Source: Callorhinchus milii
Taxonomy: Eukaryota
DNA: 64,000 nt
Direction of reading: 5' to 3'
NCBI RefSeq assembly: GCF_018977255.1
Contig: NW_024704742.1
Span: 10,356,001-10,420,000, forward strand
The first letter of the stretch is position 1, and each line of letters opens with the position of its first letter. A model generated the notes under the pieces. The model worked only from the letters and a program-made list of their open reading frames with translations. It searched no databases and had not been told where the DNA came from. Of this stretch, positions 63,661 to 64,000 are shown piece by piece. Both the position numbers and the translations under genes were made by a program.

Positions 63661-64000
63661 TGCCATACCTCCTCTGTCAAACCTACATACAGCGCAGAAA
63701 TATGTAATTTGGCCCAACTATTCCATGACAGTGTTTATATTCCTCATGAGCCTCAAAATCCCTTCTCCCATTCTCCTTTCTCCCTCATCTATCAGTGGAA
63801 AGAAGATGACGAAAGAAGGTGAAAATTACTAGATTAAGAGACAAAAAGAGTAGAAAGGAAATTAAAATCTGCAGAGAGAAATATTATTCAAAAAGATGGA
63901 TTGTTAGGTACATTATTAATACACTGATAGATATTCAACAACCATTTTTGAGGACAAGAGGGTGATTCATGGAGTATCATTTTTTAAATAAAATGCCCCT

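Overview
A 64-kb repeat-rich, almost entirely non-coding vertebrate window. The repeat families point to a cartilaginous fish, most likely a chimaera (Callorhinchus/Hydrolagus type); this is inferred from repeat content. No intact long ORF is present, and the ORF track is dominated by microsatellites and fragments of LINEs and SINEs. Main components: (i) dozens of copies or fragments of a tRNA-Ala-headed SINE with a DeuSINE-like 3' body and an L2-type tail, in long, short and 'L2-tail-matched' subfamilies; (ii) older DeuSINE/SacSINE1-like copies; (iii) 5'-truncated CR1 and L2 LINEs; (iv) at least 7 copies of a ~600-nt, hairpin-rich retroposon that I cannot name with confidence; (v) two Penelope-type LTR relics carrying minimal hammerhead ribozyme motifs, one of them a back-to-back palindrome; (vi) a TA-flanked Tc1/mariner MITE nested in an older foldback, a ~95-nt hairpin MITE, a TSD-flanked L1/Tx1-like 3' end and a possible Harbinger fossil. 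The only convincing host exon is on the minus strand at 61728-61850. It carries a start codon and encodes MDSSRK...LKNFTIPRRKRRVGN, resembling the TEX15/TASOR-family N-terminus, but I could not find its downstream exons in the window. Weaker minus-strand exon candidates lie at 22355-22421 and 7233/7421-7630. Coordinates of degraded repeats are approximate.
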